Shown here: piece by piece, positions 41,023 through 50,106 of the stretch
Position numbering within the stretch: position 1 is the first letter of the stretch
How the letters are laid out: every line of letters starts with the position of its first letter
Source: an uncultured Chlamydiae bacterium
GTDB lineage: Bacteria; Chlamydiota; Chlamydiia; Chlamydiales; JAJFMA01
Length of the DNA stretch: 64,000 bases
Direction: 5' to 3'
Assembly (NCBI GenBank): GCA_963713615.1
Contig: CAVQMM010000001.1
Location: forward strand, 288,001-352,000
Notes under the pieces: model-generated
The model's input: only the letters and a program-made list of their open reading frames with translations
Told to the model about the DNA's origin: nothing
Database searches by the model: none
Position numbers and translations under genes: made by a program

Positions 41023-41454
41023 GAGGTAATTGCAGAAGTCCGATTCTCCGAAGTCAATTTCCTGAAAATCGGATGCCGGTGAAGAGAGAGTCATTCCCTT
41101 CCCAGGCCCGAAGGGTCGATATTGCAACAGGCCATGGCATCGCCATGGTATATGCCAAAACGGTTTTAGCAGCCTGTAGGGCTGCCATAAAGCGCATGCA
41201 TAAATGGTGTTTGTAAACTGGCGTCTCGTAGCAGTCCTTCAGACTGCGAAATCCCTTCCTGGCATATACCATGGCGATGCCATGGCCTGTTGCAATATCG
41301 ACCCTTCGGGCCTGGGAAGGGAGAAAAGCCTGTCTTTCCAGACTGGATAGTGCCATACCACTTAAGCTCTCTAGAATCGCCTTCTCACAAAAAAAGGTAA
41401 CCTTTTTTCCCGAGAATCGATTCTCAAGGGCTCAAATAATTTTGCAATTACCTC
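41023..41454 (+). mobile_element. Family D MITE inside a family E palindrome
   Basis: GAGGTAATTGCA...TGCAATTACCTC; flanks ATGGACTAAATGGAC / GTCCATTTCGTCCATGGTGTCC. Confidence 0.92.
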
Positions 41455-41512
41455 AGTAAGTCCATTTCGTCCATGGTGTCCATTCAGTCCAGTTCGTCCA
41501 TTTGGTTTAGCC

Positions 41513-43048
41513 TTATGTTTTGGCCAACGGCATCACAGATAGCAAAGCACAATGCCACCCACGAGTAGCTGTGCGAGACAGTAGGTTGAGGCCCGAGGAA
41601 ACACCACCGCTGATATATCTTAGGCTCATGATCTGCAGTCCAAACTGCAACGGCTCGAACGCCTTCTTCATGCCACTGTCAAAGCCTTTCACATCATCCT
41701 TAGCAAGAGCACCGAAGGCACCGACAAGGCTACCCAGGAAGTGTGGGATGGCCTGAACATAGAATGCACCATAGATGAGGCAGTTGCCCAACCTCATGGA
41801 TAGAACTGAGTCCAGTACTGACCCAACGAGCCCGAAAATTGGCCCGAAAAGTGGCCCTCCTGCAACCCAAAAAGAGAGTGGTAAGAACGGATTGGGTTCC
41901 TTCAGTCTTGGCCCTGCTAAGAAGGTAGCTATATTAGACGGTAACATATTGAAAAGCATTGCTGACGCTAGAGCATATGTCGAGGTCTTCACACCATTGC
42001 GCCAGCCACTTTTGAAGGCAGAAAATATTTGGAAGGCTGCAACAGCTGCTGGAAGCACCCCCAATGTCCATTGCGTCACTGAATAGCCCTTCAGGAGTAA
42101 AGAAGAGGTTCCCAACCACGATGATGCCGCTGCAGCATTGCATACGCCTTCAGCAGATTCTAACGTCGCGCCCATTACCTGATCAGCAAAAACCGTGCTA
42201 TTGCCATAGAATGCTGAAAAACTATCTTTGAGGGCATTGAGGGCGAAAATGCTGGCAATACCCGTCGAGATGGCTGTATTAATTAAGGCACTTCGCAATT
42301 CCGTTCTGATTCCACTGACCTGTACAGCTTCAGCACGCGTTCCTTGAGTAGACGCCAAAGCAGTCTGCTTGGCTTCGCAGGCCTTTACAGTGCTATCTAG
42401 ATCGTCTCTAGCCGTGAGATATTTTGCCACATTGTCATATTGTCCAGTGTAGCACTCCTTAAACTCGGTCAAGACGTGTTGGATCGTTCCATCGTCTGGA
42501 TACCAATTGATGGAATGGCATGCTAATTCAAAGTCATGGATATTGCTAGCCGTGCAACCTGTGGCGAACCACTGTTGAAGTTTGTTGACATCGATGTTTT
42601 GGCTTTTTAGAAGGTTCCTAACCTCGCCTTGTTCCGTTTTCAACGTGTTTTTGGCCTGATTCCAAAAGACATGATCATTCTTGATACGGGCCTGGCGTGC
42701 AGCATTGAGCTCGCCGCTTGCTAGTCCTGCAGAAGCCCCCGAAGATGTCTTTGGCAGCAGCCAGGGCAGGTGTAGCGAGGTAGACGCAATCGTATATGCA
42801 TTACGCGCTAAGTCTAGGCCGGCCATTACCATAAATGGAGGATAAAAAAGACCACTGACAACGCGGATGGGGGTCCAAACGCGGTGGAGGCTTCCTCCAG
42901 CGACAGTAGCCATCACCTGAGCGCCAATGAATGAAGACAATAGGCGTCCGCCAACTTCCCATGCGCAGTCCAACCCTATGGAATTGCACGGCCACGTGGG
43001 TTTTAATACGCTGGACCATGATAGGCCTGGTAAAGAAGAAGAATCCAT
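41513..43048 (-). CDS. Hypothetical multi-hydrophobic/coiled-coil protein, candidate Inc/effector
   Basis: 511 aa; Ser-rich N-terminus; promoter TTGAAT-17-TAGATT at 43112-43084. Confidence 0.8.
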   Translation of the reverse strand: MDSSSLPGLSWSSVLKPTWPCNSIGLDCAWEVGGRLLSSFIGAQVMATVAGGSLHRVWTPIRVVSGLFYPPFMVMAGLDLARNAYTIASTSLHLPWLLPKTSSGASAGLASGELNAARQARIKNDHVFWNQAKNTLKTEQGEVRNLLKSQNIDVNKLQQWFATGCTASNIHDFELACHSINWYPDDGTIQHVLTEFKECYTGQYDNVAKYLTARDDLDSTVKACEAKQTALASTQGTRAEAVQVSGIRTELRSALINTAISTGIASIFALNALKDSFSAFYGNSTVFADQVMGATLESAEGVCNAAAASSWLGTSSLLLKGYSVTQWTLGVLPAAVAAFQIFSAFKSGWRNGVKTSTYALASAMLFNMLPSNIATFLAGPRLKEPNPFLPLSFWVAGGPLFGPIFGLVGSVLDSVLSMRLGNCLIYGAFYVQAIPHFLGSLVGAFGALAKDDVKGFDSGMKKAFEPLQFGLQIMSLRYISGGVSSGLNLLSRTATRGWHCALLSVMPLAKT

Positions 43049-43226
43049 GTGTTATTAGCTCCTTGTCTAGGTAAAAACGGTATAATCTAACAGTACTTAT
43101 GCATACATTCAACGATATGTGTGTTTTGTTTCGCTTAAGCATTCATTAAGATCAGATAAGTTTTCACAATCGTTGTTGGCTTGCAGTGCTCTGGAGTGTG
43201 TCGTTCTTAGATAGGATAGATTAAAG

Positions 43227-43386
43227 GGCCTTATTCACCTTTGCGGTCAGTTTTCGGTCGACTGCAAAAGGATCGTCTGTCGCGTTTTGCTCCTCGGACA
43301 TAGCTGGCGCTATGCCCTCGTCACAAACCACGACATCCGACCTTTTTCGTCCGACCGAAATTCTGACCGTAAAGGTGAACAAGGCC
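43227..43386 (+). mobile_element. Family F MITE (160 bp), 8-bp TSD
   Basis: TIR GGCCTTATTCACCTTT/AAAGGTGAACAAGGCC; TSD GATTAAAG on both sides. Confidence 0.95.
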
Positions 43387-43402
43387 GATTAAAGGACCTA
43401 AA

Positions 43403-44155
43403 GAGGTAGTTGCAGAAGTCCGATTTCCGAAGTCAATTTCCTGAAACTCGAATGCCACCGAAGAGAGATAAACGATTCCCTTCCCAGGCCCGAAGGGTCG
43501 ATATTGCAATAGGCCAGGGCATCGCCCTGGTGTATTCCAGAAAGGGATTTCGCAGTCTGAAAGACTGCCACAAGACGCTGGTTGGCATAGACCATTTATG
43601 CATGCCTTTTATCGCAGTCTTTCAGACTGCGAAATACCTTCCTGGCCTATACCAGGGCGATGCCCCATAGGCCTCAACCTAAGCCTAACAATCGTATCTC
43701 GGCGCGCAGCGCTTTGGAGTGCGGTCGCTTGCGACCGCTTTGGGTTCCTTGCGACGGTCGTGTGCAACGGCATTACTATAATTCCCTAAGGGTAAAATAG
43801 TTAGTACATGCAGCCTTCGACGAATCCATACAATGCCGTTTAGCATTGCCGTCCCAAGGAACGAAAAGCGGTCGCAAGCGACCGCACTCCAAAGCGCTGC
43901 GCGCCGAGATACGATTGTGAAGTCCTAAGTCATTGAGATATAAGCTCAAAAGACCTGTTAGGTTGAGGCCTATGGGGCGATGCCCTGGCCTGTTGCAATA
44001 TCGACCCTTCGGGCCTGGGAAGTGATAAAAGCCTGTGTCCACACCAGATAGTGCCATGCTGCCTGAGCTCTCTAGAATCGCCTACTAGCCAAAAAAGATA
44101 ACCTTTTTTCCCAAGAATCGATTCTCAAGGGCTCAAATAATTTTGCAATTACCTC
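43403..44155 (+). mobile_element. Family D MITE (variant) carrying a nested H element
   Basis: GAGGTAGTTGCA...TGCAATTACCTC; arms contain CCAGGGCATCGCCCTGG. Confidence 0.92.
43666..43974 (+). mobile_element. Family H MITE (309 bp), 11-bp TSD
   Basis: Identical by eye to 21955-22263; TSD GGGCGATGCCC at 43655-43665 and 43975-43985. Confidence 0.95.
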
Positions 44156-44256
44156 CTTTGGTCCTTTTTGTACATCCAAGAGCCACTACACTCCAACCCA
44201 CGACGTATCGCCGCTGTTTATAGGCTCTATAACACACCCTGAATGTGTTTTTGCTA

Positions 44257-44311
44257 CTTAACGATAACTTAACTCGTGCTTAATCCCAGCCAAATTAGTC
44301 TGTATTAAGAT
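44257..44311 (+). promoter_or_regulatory. 11-bp-periodic CTTAA direct repeats plus -10 element
   Basis: CTTAAC 44257, CTTAAC 44268, CTTAAT 44279; TAAGAT 44306. Confidence 0.55.
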
Positions 44312-44391
44312 AGATGGCAAGTAACACAAAATGAAAGGATTGAATGCCTTTCACGAATTCCATAGAAAGAATCTAACTTAGGAGGCCCTTA

Positions 44392-45210
44392 ATGGTCAGT
44401 TTAAACTTTAACACAGATATTTCCCCGCTAGGAACCTTCATGGTTGATAGTACTGAAAAACTGTCAAAGTCTGATGGTATCATGAAGAGCTGGGCTGGAG
44501 CCCGCGCTGCTGGTACTGCTGCTGGTGTTGCTGTCGTACTAGATTTGGTTCCACATCTTGGTGCTGCTGTTGCCAAGGCGCTAATCAAAACGGGTTGCAA
44601 GATCGTTGAGTTCGTTCCTAACCTATTCGGTAAGAACCTCGATCTTACTCCAGGACACTGCACCTTCAGTGAAGCTGGCGTTCACGTCCTCAAAGCTGCG
44701 CGTAATATCCCATGCGGTATAGCTTTGATTGGCATTGGCGTGGCGGCTCCTTCCTTAACAGCCGTTGTTAGCCGCAAATTCGGCACTTCGCATACACCAG
44801 TTCCTCCTAAGCCACAAGGGCGTATTGCCCGTGCTAAAGATGCTGTGGTTGGTGGTGCTAAGGCTTGCGGCAATGCTGTGATGCATCCGCTAGACACCGG
44901 TAGCAAGGCTATTGGCGTGGTACGTCGGAATCCAAAAGCATCTATTGCTGTCGCAACAGTGGCTTTGGGTCTCGTTGCTGGCCAATACTTTGGCTTGAAC
45001 AAAATAGCTTTTGACTATGCATCTGAAAAAGGCCAACCCTACTACGAGCAGGCAAAGGGTATTGTTAGTGAGCAGTATACCTCTCTATCTACGTTGGCTG
45101 GTAGTGCTTATACTAGCTCTAAAACATGGGCTGTTGCGACTGCTAGCACGGCTTATGAAGCTATTCGCTGCAGAATATGGGCTGATTGTCCTGCCGACGG
45201 AGCTCAGTAA
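44392..45210 (+). CDS. Candidate Inc/effector family member 1
   Basis: 272 aa; close paralog of 45447; LD..PH...K...H..KA..P core plus C-terminal TM. Confidence 0.85.
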   Translation: MVSLNFNTDISPLGTFMVDSTEKLSKSDGIMKSWAGARAAGTAAGVAVVLDLVPHLGAAVAKALIKTGCKIVEFVPNLFGKNLDLTPGHCTFSEAGVHVLKAARNIPCGIALIGIGVAAPSLTAVVSRKFGTSHTPVPPKPQGRIARAKDAVVGGAKACGNAVMHPLDTGSKAIGVVRRNPKASIAVATVALGLVAGQYFGLNKIAFDYASEKGQPYYEQAKGIVSEQYTSLSTLAGSAYTSSKTWAVATASTAYEAIRCRIWADCPADGAQ

Positions 45211-45246
45211 GCTAATAGTCACCTAGCGGTGAATGTGAAAAACTCT

Positions 45247-45284
45247 GGAAAGCGGGTCCCTTCGGGGACCAGCTTTCCTTTTTT
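45247..45284 (+). terminator. Intrinsic terminator
   Basis: GGAAAGCGGGTCCC-TTCG-GGGACCAGCTTTCC-TTTTTT. Confidence 0.85.
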
Positions 45285-45446
45285 GGTACGTGTGAGATGT
45301 GCAGCGTATCGGTTTACACTAAATTAATAGATGCTTAATTCCAGACCAATGATGCTCTGGTACAATATTGTGCATGAAACTCGAGTGAAGGGTTTACAAG
45401 ACTCTTAGCGATTTCCATAAGATAAACATAACTTTGGGAGGCCCTC

Positions 45447-46400
45447 ATGGTCTTAAATTTTGATACACAAGTTTCCCCGATGGGAACCTACATGGTTGAC
45501 TCGACAGAGAACATGTCGAAGTCAAACAGCTTTTTGAAGAGCTGGGTTGGAGCAAAATTACCTGGCGCTGCTGCTGGTGTAGCGGTATTGCTCGACGTGG
45601 TTCCACATGCTGTTGGTGCCCTTGGCAAGCCAATTCTTAAAACGGGCTGTAAGGTTGTCGAATTCGTTCCTAACCTATTCGGAAACGGACTCGACCTTAC
45701 ACCAGAAAACTGCACCTTTGGTCAGGCTGCTGTTCATGCGGTAAAGCTTGTGCGGAACATTCCTTGCGCGATTATTCTACTCTGTGTAGGGATCATTGCT
45801 CCTTCTTACACAGCAGTCGCTAGCCGTGCTTTCGGCACCTCGCGAACACCGGTCATAGCTCCTCAGCAACCGATGAGCTTCATGGAGCGTGCAAAAGGCG
45901 CCGCGGTTGGCAGTGCTAAGGCTGTAGCGAATGCTGTTATGGACCCGGTAAAGACGGGTAGCAAAGCAGTCGCTGCTGTTAAAAACAACCCTGGAAAAGC
46001 TATTGCTGTTGCAACAGTTGTTGCAGGTTTGATTGGTGGGCATTACTTTGGGTTGGATTCCATAGCTGCGAAGTATGCTACAGATAAAGGCTCTGAGCTA
46101 TATAATGGCGCGGGCAACCTAGCCCAAGATTGGGTTGGTACGCCAGTGGCTAAGGGCAAAAATTGGGTCGTTGGTACAGTTGGCGGCGCCTACGATGCTA
46201 TCCGTTGCCGCATTTGGGCGGACTGCACACCAAAGCCAGAGACAGAGAGTCCATTTTTTGGGCCGGAGATCACTGAAGATCAGCTGAAATATCAGAATGA
46301 TCTAGCTGAGTACCAAAAGTGGCAAGCTGAGTATTCGCCTGAGATTAGGTTCTTCCAACAGCTATTTGGACTTGGCCTCAGAAGTCCAGTAAAGCCCTAA
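45447..46400 (+). CDS. Candidate Inc/effector family member 2
   Basis: 317 aa; shares KTGCK.VEFVPNLFG..LDLTP and AY.AIRCRIWADC with 44392. Confidence 0.85.
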   Translation: MVLNFDTQVSPMGTYMVDSTENMSKSNSFLKSWVGAKLPGAAAGVAVLLDVVPHAVGALGKPILKTGCKVVEFVPNLFGNGLDLTPENCTFGQAAVHAVKLVRNIPCAIILLCVGIIAPSYTAVASRAFGTSRTPVIAPQQPMSFMERAKGAAVGSAKAVANAVMDPVKTGSKAVAAVKNNPGKAIAVATVVAGLIGGHYFGLDSIAAKYATDKGSELYNGAGNLAQDWVGTPVAKGKNWVVGTVGGAYDAIRCRIWADCTPKPETESPFFGPEITEDQLKYQNDLAEYQKWQAEYSPEIRFFQQLFGLGLRSPVKP

Positions 46401-46450
46401 CAAGCGTAAGCTGAAAACCATTGTTACAAATGATGTTGTGAGTGGAAATC

Positions 46451-46484
46451 GGAAAGCTGGGTCCTTGAGGATCCAGCTTTCTTT
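46451..46484 (+). terminator. Intrinsic terminator, homologous to 45247
   Basis: GAAAGCTGGGTCC-TTGA-GGATCCAGCTTTC-TTT. Confidence 0.75.
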
Positions 46485-46512
46485 GAATCATTCAATAACC
46501 CGATAGAATGGA

Positions 46513-47172
46513 ATGACCTTGGATACAAAGATTAAACCACCGGTTCTTGCCCCGGCAGATGCCACACAAGCGATGAGCAACTGGGTGCTTAAACCCGAAG
46601 CTTGGATGGAGGTAGCGAAGAAGTCTGACAATACCGTTGCACGATTCGCTTGCAGACATGAGACGATCTTGATCCGGATAGGTGTGGCGACCATAGCCAT
46701 GGTATCCGCCTGTATGGATAGTTATTACAATGCTGTCTGGTTCAGCATTAAAGCCGTTATTATTAGTACGCGAGGAACAATTCAATTTTTGACCTTGAAT
46801 AAGTGGGGACATTTTTGTGAGGACGTTACTAGACAGCATCTAGGAATACATCTGTACAAAGCTGTAGCCTTTTTCTGTTCCATATTTTGTGCTCCTTTTG
46901 TGGGGCTTGCAGCTCCTGAGCGCCTTGTAGCCGCCTATCGAAAGCGTGAAATGATCATTACTGAAAAAGAGAAGTCGCTATGGGAAACGGCCTTAGCTAA
47001 GATTAAAGACACCGGTGAGGTAGTTCTGAATGCTGCTAAAGAGATCCCACCGATCGTACTGAAGCATCCTGTAGAAACAGCTGGCGCAGTATTCTTAACT
47101 GCTCTTGCAGCGGGTGCTGCGATTCATCTGCATAAAGTGAATAGAAGGGTAGGCGCTTTGTGGAGGGATTGA
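46513..47172 (+). CDS. Candidate Inc/effector family member 3
   Basis: 219 aa; SACMD.....F.IKA...HLYKA...AP...AAPE core; C-terminal TM. Confidence 0.8.
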   Translation: MTLDTKIKPPVLAPADATQAMSNWVLKPEAWMEVAKKSDNTVARFACRHETILIRIGVATIAMVSACMDSYYNAVWFSIKAVIISTRGTIQFLTLNKWGHFCEDVTRQHLGIHLYKAVAFFCSIFCAPFVGLAAPERLVAAYRKREMIITEKEKSLWETALAKIKDTGEVVLNAAKEIPPIVLKHPVETAGAVFLTALAAGAAIHLHKVNRRVGALWRD

Positions 47173-47175
47173 GGA

Positions 47176-47703
47176 CCTCACAACCATTTCTCGGCGCGTA
47201 GCGCTTTGGAGTCATAGGCATCAACTTAAGCAACTAACTTCGTAAATAGGCGCGCAGCGCTTTGGAGTGCGCGTCGCTCGCAACCGCTTTGGATTTGGGC
47301 GAAGTTGGCATTGCAAGAAACGTAACCCTTCTCTCTAGGGGTAACTGTGGGGGGGGGGGGGGGGGGGGGCAGCCTCCGTAGAACGGTGCGCGATTCAATA
47401 GGCTCGCCCAAATCCAAAGCGGTCGCGAGCGACACGCACTCCAAAGCGCTGCGCGCCTATTTACGAAGTTAGTTGCTTAGGTTGATGCCTATGGCTTTGG
47501 AGAGCGACCGCTTGCGACTGCTTTTCGTTTCTTGCGATGGTTGTGCTACACGGCATTGTAGGGATTCGGTTAGGTTGCATGTGCTATCTAAATAACTCTT
47601 AGCGAATTAAGTGATACCGTTTCACAAGACCGTCGTAAGAAACGAAAAGCGGTCGCAAGCGACCGCACTCCAAAGCGCTACGCGCCGAGAGACGCTTGTG
47701 AGG
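47176..47703. repeat. Family I REP-like palindrome interrupted by an H-type MITE
   Basis: CTCGGCGCG.AGCGCTTTGGAGT...CACTCCAAAGCGCT.CGCGCCGAG arms. Confidence 0.88.
47213..47493. mobile_element. Family H variant MITE (281 bp) with a G21 tract
   Basis: TIR CATAGGCATCAAC.TAAGC; ~10-bp TSD GCTTTGGAGT/GCTTTGGAGA; G run at 47349-47369. Confidence 0.88.
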
Positions 47704-47781
47704 GCTGTGGGCGAAATATTCCATGGGGTCCTGTTGCTTTTGGATTCGCGCTACGCGCCAATAGATTTCCTTGTTAAAAGC

Positions 47782-47814
47782 AAAAAAAAGCCCAGCTTCG
47801 GGTGAAGCCGGGCT
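47782..47814 (-). terminator. Intrinsic terminator
   Basis: AGCCCGGCTTC-ACCC-GAAGCTGGGC followed by a T8 run on the minus strand. Confidence 0.85.
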
Positions 47815-47833
47815 ATCCGACATAGTAGGACTA

Positions 47834-48886
47834 CTAAGCGGCAGCAGAAGCATCATAATTCAGGTAAGCTGCCAAACCAGCAATAGCACTCAATACAACT
47901 GCAGTAATCGTTGACCTCCTACCGCCATATGGGGTCAAAGACGCAGCACCAGACAAACCAGCAACTGCTCCACATCCTATCATAGCCTGGCCCGCGGCTG
48001 ATTGGGCTTTGAACATATCCCATAATTTCGACGCTCTAGACTCTTCCACAGGCTCTCCTGTATCGTCCACCACAGGCTCTCCTGTATTGTCCACAGGCTC
48101 TCCTGTATTGTCCACAGGCTCTCCTGTATCGTCCACCACAGGCTCTCCTGTATTTACAAAGAAGCTCTTAAAGTAATCATATCCGCGGGATACGTTGGAT
48201 TCTATGTTGCCCCAAGCTGTCGTAACCAATGTGTCCTGATAGCCTAATACCTTTTGACCACCATGGAGAGCACCTAAAGCCAGAATAACAATAGCAGGAA
48301 TATGAAGGTGATACTGTTTAGCCACAGATGCACCAGTAACAACACCAGTACTGATAGCGCTACCAGCAGCAGACGTTACATCTTGCTTATGGTTCAGAAT
48401 GTATATCGCCTTGTTTTTGAGGCATTGTTGCGCTTGGATATTAGCCCAAACACCTTTAGGAGCAGGCTCGCCAGAAGCTCCAGGAGCCAACTTGAGGCCA
48501 TCCAGAATCGCCAGAGCTGAGTCGCAGCTAAAGAACGAGGTGAGGGGCATGACGGCGACCATAGTCAAGTCACCACCAGTACGTGCAGTATGCTGGAGGA
48601 TGCTGCTGAGGTTTGCTGTAGGCGCAAAGTCGATTTTTCCGAAAGAAGCGATGTAAACGACAGTTCCAGGAATAAAAATAGCAGTTTTGATAACAGCAGA
48701 AAAGGCCTGCACCAGCGTATCTAGAGCTGCGGATGCGATGGTTACTGCTGGGATAATGGTATGGGCACCAACCCATTTCACACCACCTTCATTAGCCCAC
48801 TGCTTTCCAGTCTTTACCACGTCGGCAGTGGAGGAAAAAGCAGGATCTAAGAACGAGGGGCTCTGAGGTATAGCTGTTACGGACAT
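47834..48886 (-). CDS. Candidate Inc/effector family member 4
   Basis: 350 aa; SAALDTLVQA..AVIKT...LQHTART core; TGEPV repeats; terminal hydrophobic hairpin. Confidence 0.85.
   Translation of the reverse strand: MSVTAIPQSPSFLDPAFSSTADVVKTGKQWANEGGVKWVGAHTIIPAVTIASAALDTLVQAFSAVIKTAIFIPGTVVYIASFGKIDFAPTANLSSILQHTARTGGDLTMVAVMPLTSFFSCDSALAILDGLKLAPGASGEPAPKGVWANIQAQQCLKNKAIYILNHKQDVTSAAGSAISTGVVTGASVAKQYHLHIPAIVILALGALHGGQKVLGYQDTLVTTAWGNIESNVSRGYDYFKSFFVNTGEPVVDDTGEPVDNTGEPVDNTGEPVVDDTGEPVEESRASKLWDMFKAQSAAGQAMIGCGAVAGLSGAASLTPYGGRRSTITAVVLSAIAGLAAYLNYDASAAA
48046..48152. repeat. Coding tandem repeat (5 copies, 21/24-bp period; TGEPV(V)D(D/N))
   Basis: CCACAGGCTCTCCTGTA at 48046, 48070, 48091, 48112, 48136. 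Confidence 0.92.
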
Positions 48887-48946
48887 GAATACTCTCCTGT
48901 CGATAATTCATTCATAATTAAATTTTTCGCTAGTTTGACTACACGA

Positions 48947-48979
48947 GGATGACATGTTCATAAAATGAACATGTCATCC
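48947..48979. other. Perfect 15-bp inverted repeat between paralogs
   Basis: GGATGACATGTTCAT-AAA-ATGAACATGTCATCC, no U-tract. Confidence 0.75.
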
Positions 48980-49026
48980 AGTCCTCTTGCGTGAAGACTC
49001 ATGGCTTAAAAGTACACATACTAAGC

Positions 49027-49899
49027 CTAGGGTGAACCAGTGCTGTCAGTGCCAGTACCAGTGCCAGTACCAGTGCCAGTACCAGTGCCAGTACCAGTGC
49101 CAGTATCAGTGTCGTCAGCTCTAGGACCATCGCTACTTAAGAAAGGTATTTTAAAGTTGGAAATATAGTTTAAAACGGCGTTGTAGCTTTCCTTTGCGTA
49201 AGTTGCAACATCTTCAACTCGCGATGTTTCATAACCAAACCACTTCTGAGTGTAGTGACTAACAACTCCAACAACAGGCAGGCCTACAACAACAGCACCA
49301 GCAATGTGCAGTTTGTACTTGTTAGCTACGCTTAAAGAACTAGCCGCAACGTTACCAGCACCGTACATAGACGCTAAAGCAGCTTCTTTAGGATTCTGAA
49401 TAGCGAACTTTGCTTGGTTAGCAATGCCATCTTGAGCTTTTAGCTTATCCCAGAAGCCTTGAGGGGCTTGTTGGCCAGAAGCGCCAGGAGCCAGGTTAAG
49501 ACCATCCAAAATAGACAGAGCAAAGTCTGGGCTAAAGAAGGATGTGAGCGGCATTGCGACGACCATTGCCAGGTTACCAGCAGTACGACCAAGGTGCTGC
49601 AGGATAACTGGCAAGTTGGCACTAGCGCAGATGTCGACTTTACCGAATGTTGGGATGAGAACGACTAGGCGTGCAGCGAACACGACTGTTTTAGCAACAG
49701 TTGCCAGAGCATGTACCAAAGTATCCAATGCTGCAGTAGCTGCCGATGCTACGGGTACTAATGTGTGTGCAGCGATAAACTGTACGCCACCAGCATTATG
49801 CCATCTCTGACCGGCCTTCATTAGGGTCTCGGTTGATGAAAAAGCTGGATCGATTAAATCGCTGAATTTAGGGGTTACGGGTGCTAATAACATGAACAT
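49027..49899 (-). CDS. Candidate Inc/effector family member 5
   Basis: 290 aa; close paralog of 47834 (DPAFSST, MPLTSFFS, LAPGASG); (TG)n tail. Confidence 0.85.
   Translation of the reverse strand: MFMLLAPVTPKFSDLIDPAFSSTETLMKAGQRWHNAGGVQFIAAHTLVPVASAATAALDTLVHALATVAKTVVFAARLVVLIPTFGKVDICASANLPVILQHLGRTAGNLAMVVAMPLTSFFSPDFALSILDGLNLAPGASGQQAPQGFWDKLKAQDGIANQAKFAIQNPKEAALASMYGAGNVAASSLSVANKYKLHIAGAVVVGLPVVGVVSHYTQKWFGYETSRVEDVATYAKESYNAVLNYISNFKIPFLSSDGPRADDTDTGTGTGTGTGTGTGTGTGTDSTGSP
49047..49106. repeat. 12-bp coding tandem repeat x5 (Thr-Gly tail)
   Basis: CAGTGCCAGTAC repeated. Confidence 0.9.
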
Positions 49900-50106
49900 C
49901 CTCCTCTCAGTAAGTTCAATGTTGTGATTGATACATCTCTATCTGGTTTCCTAAGTAAACACAGGTCTCGTTAAGACAATGTTAAGGCCAGATTAAGTTC
50001 ACATAAGTTATTCCGCCGGAATCACATGTCATAAAACTATACAGGACCGACGGGTTTTCCATAAAGCAAAAAGCAAATTTGATGTTACTATTTTCCAAAC
50101 CTCGCA

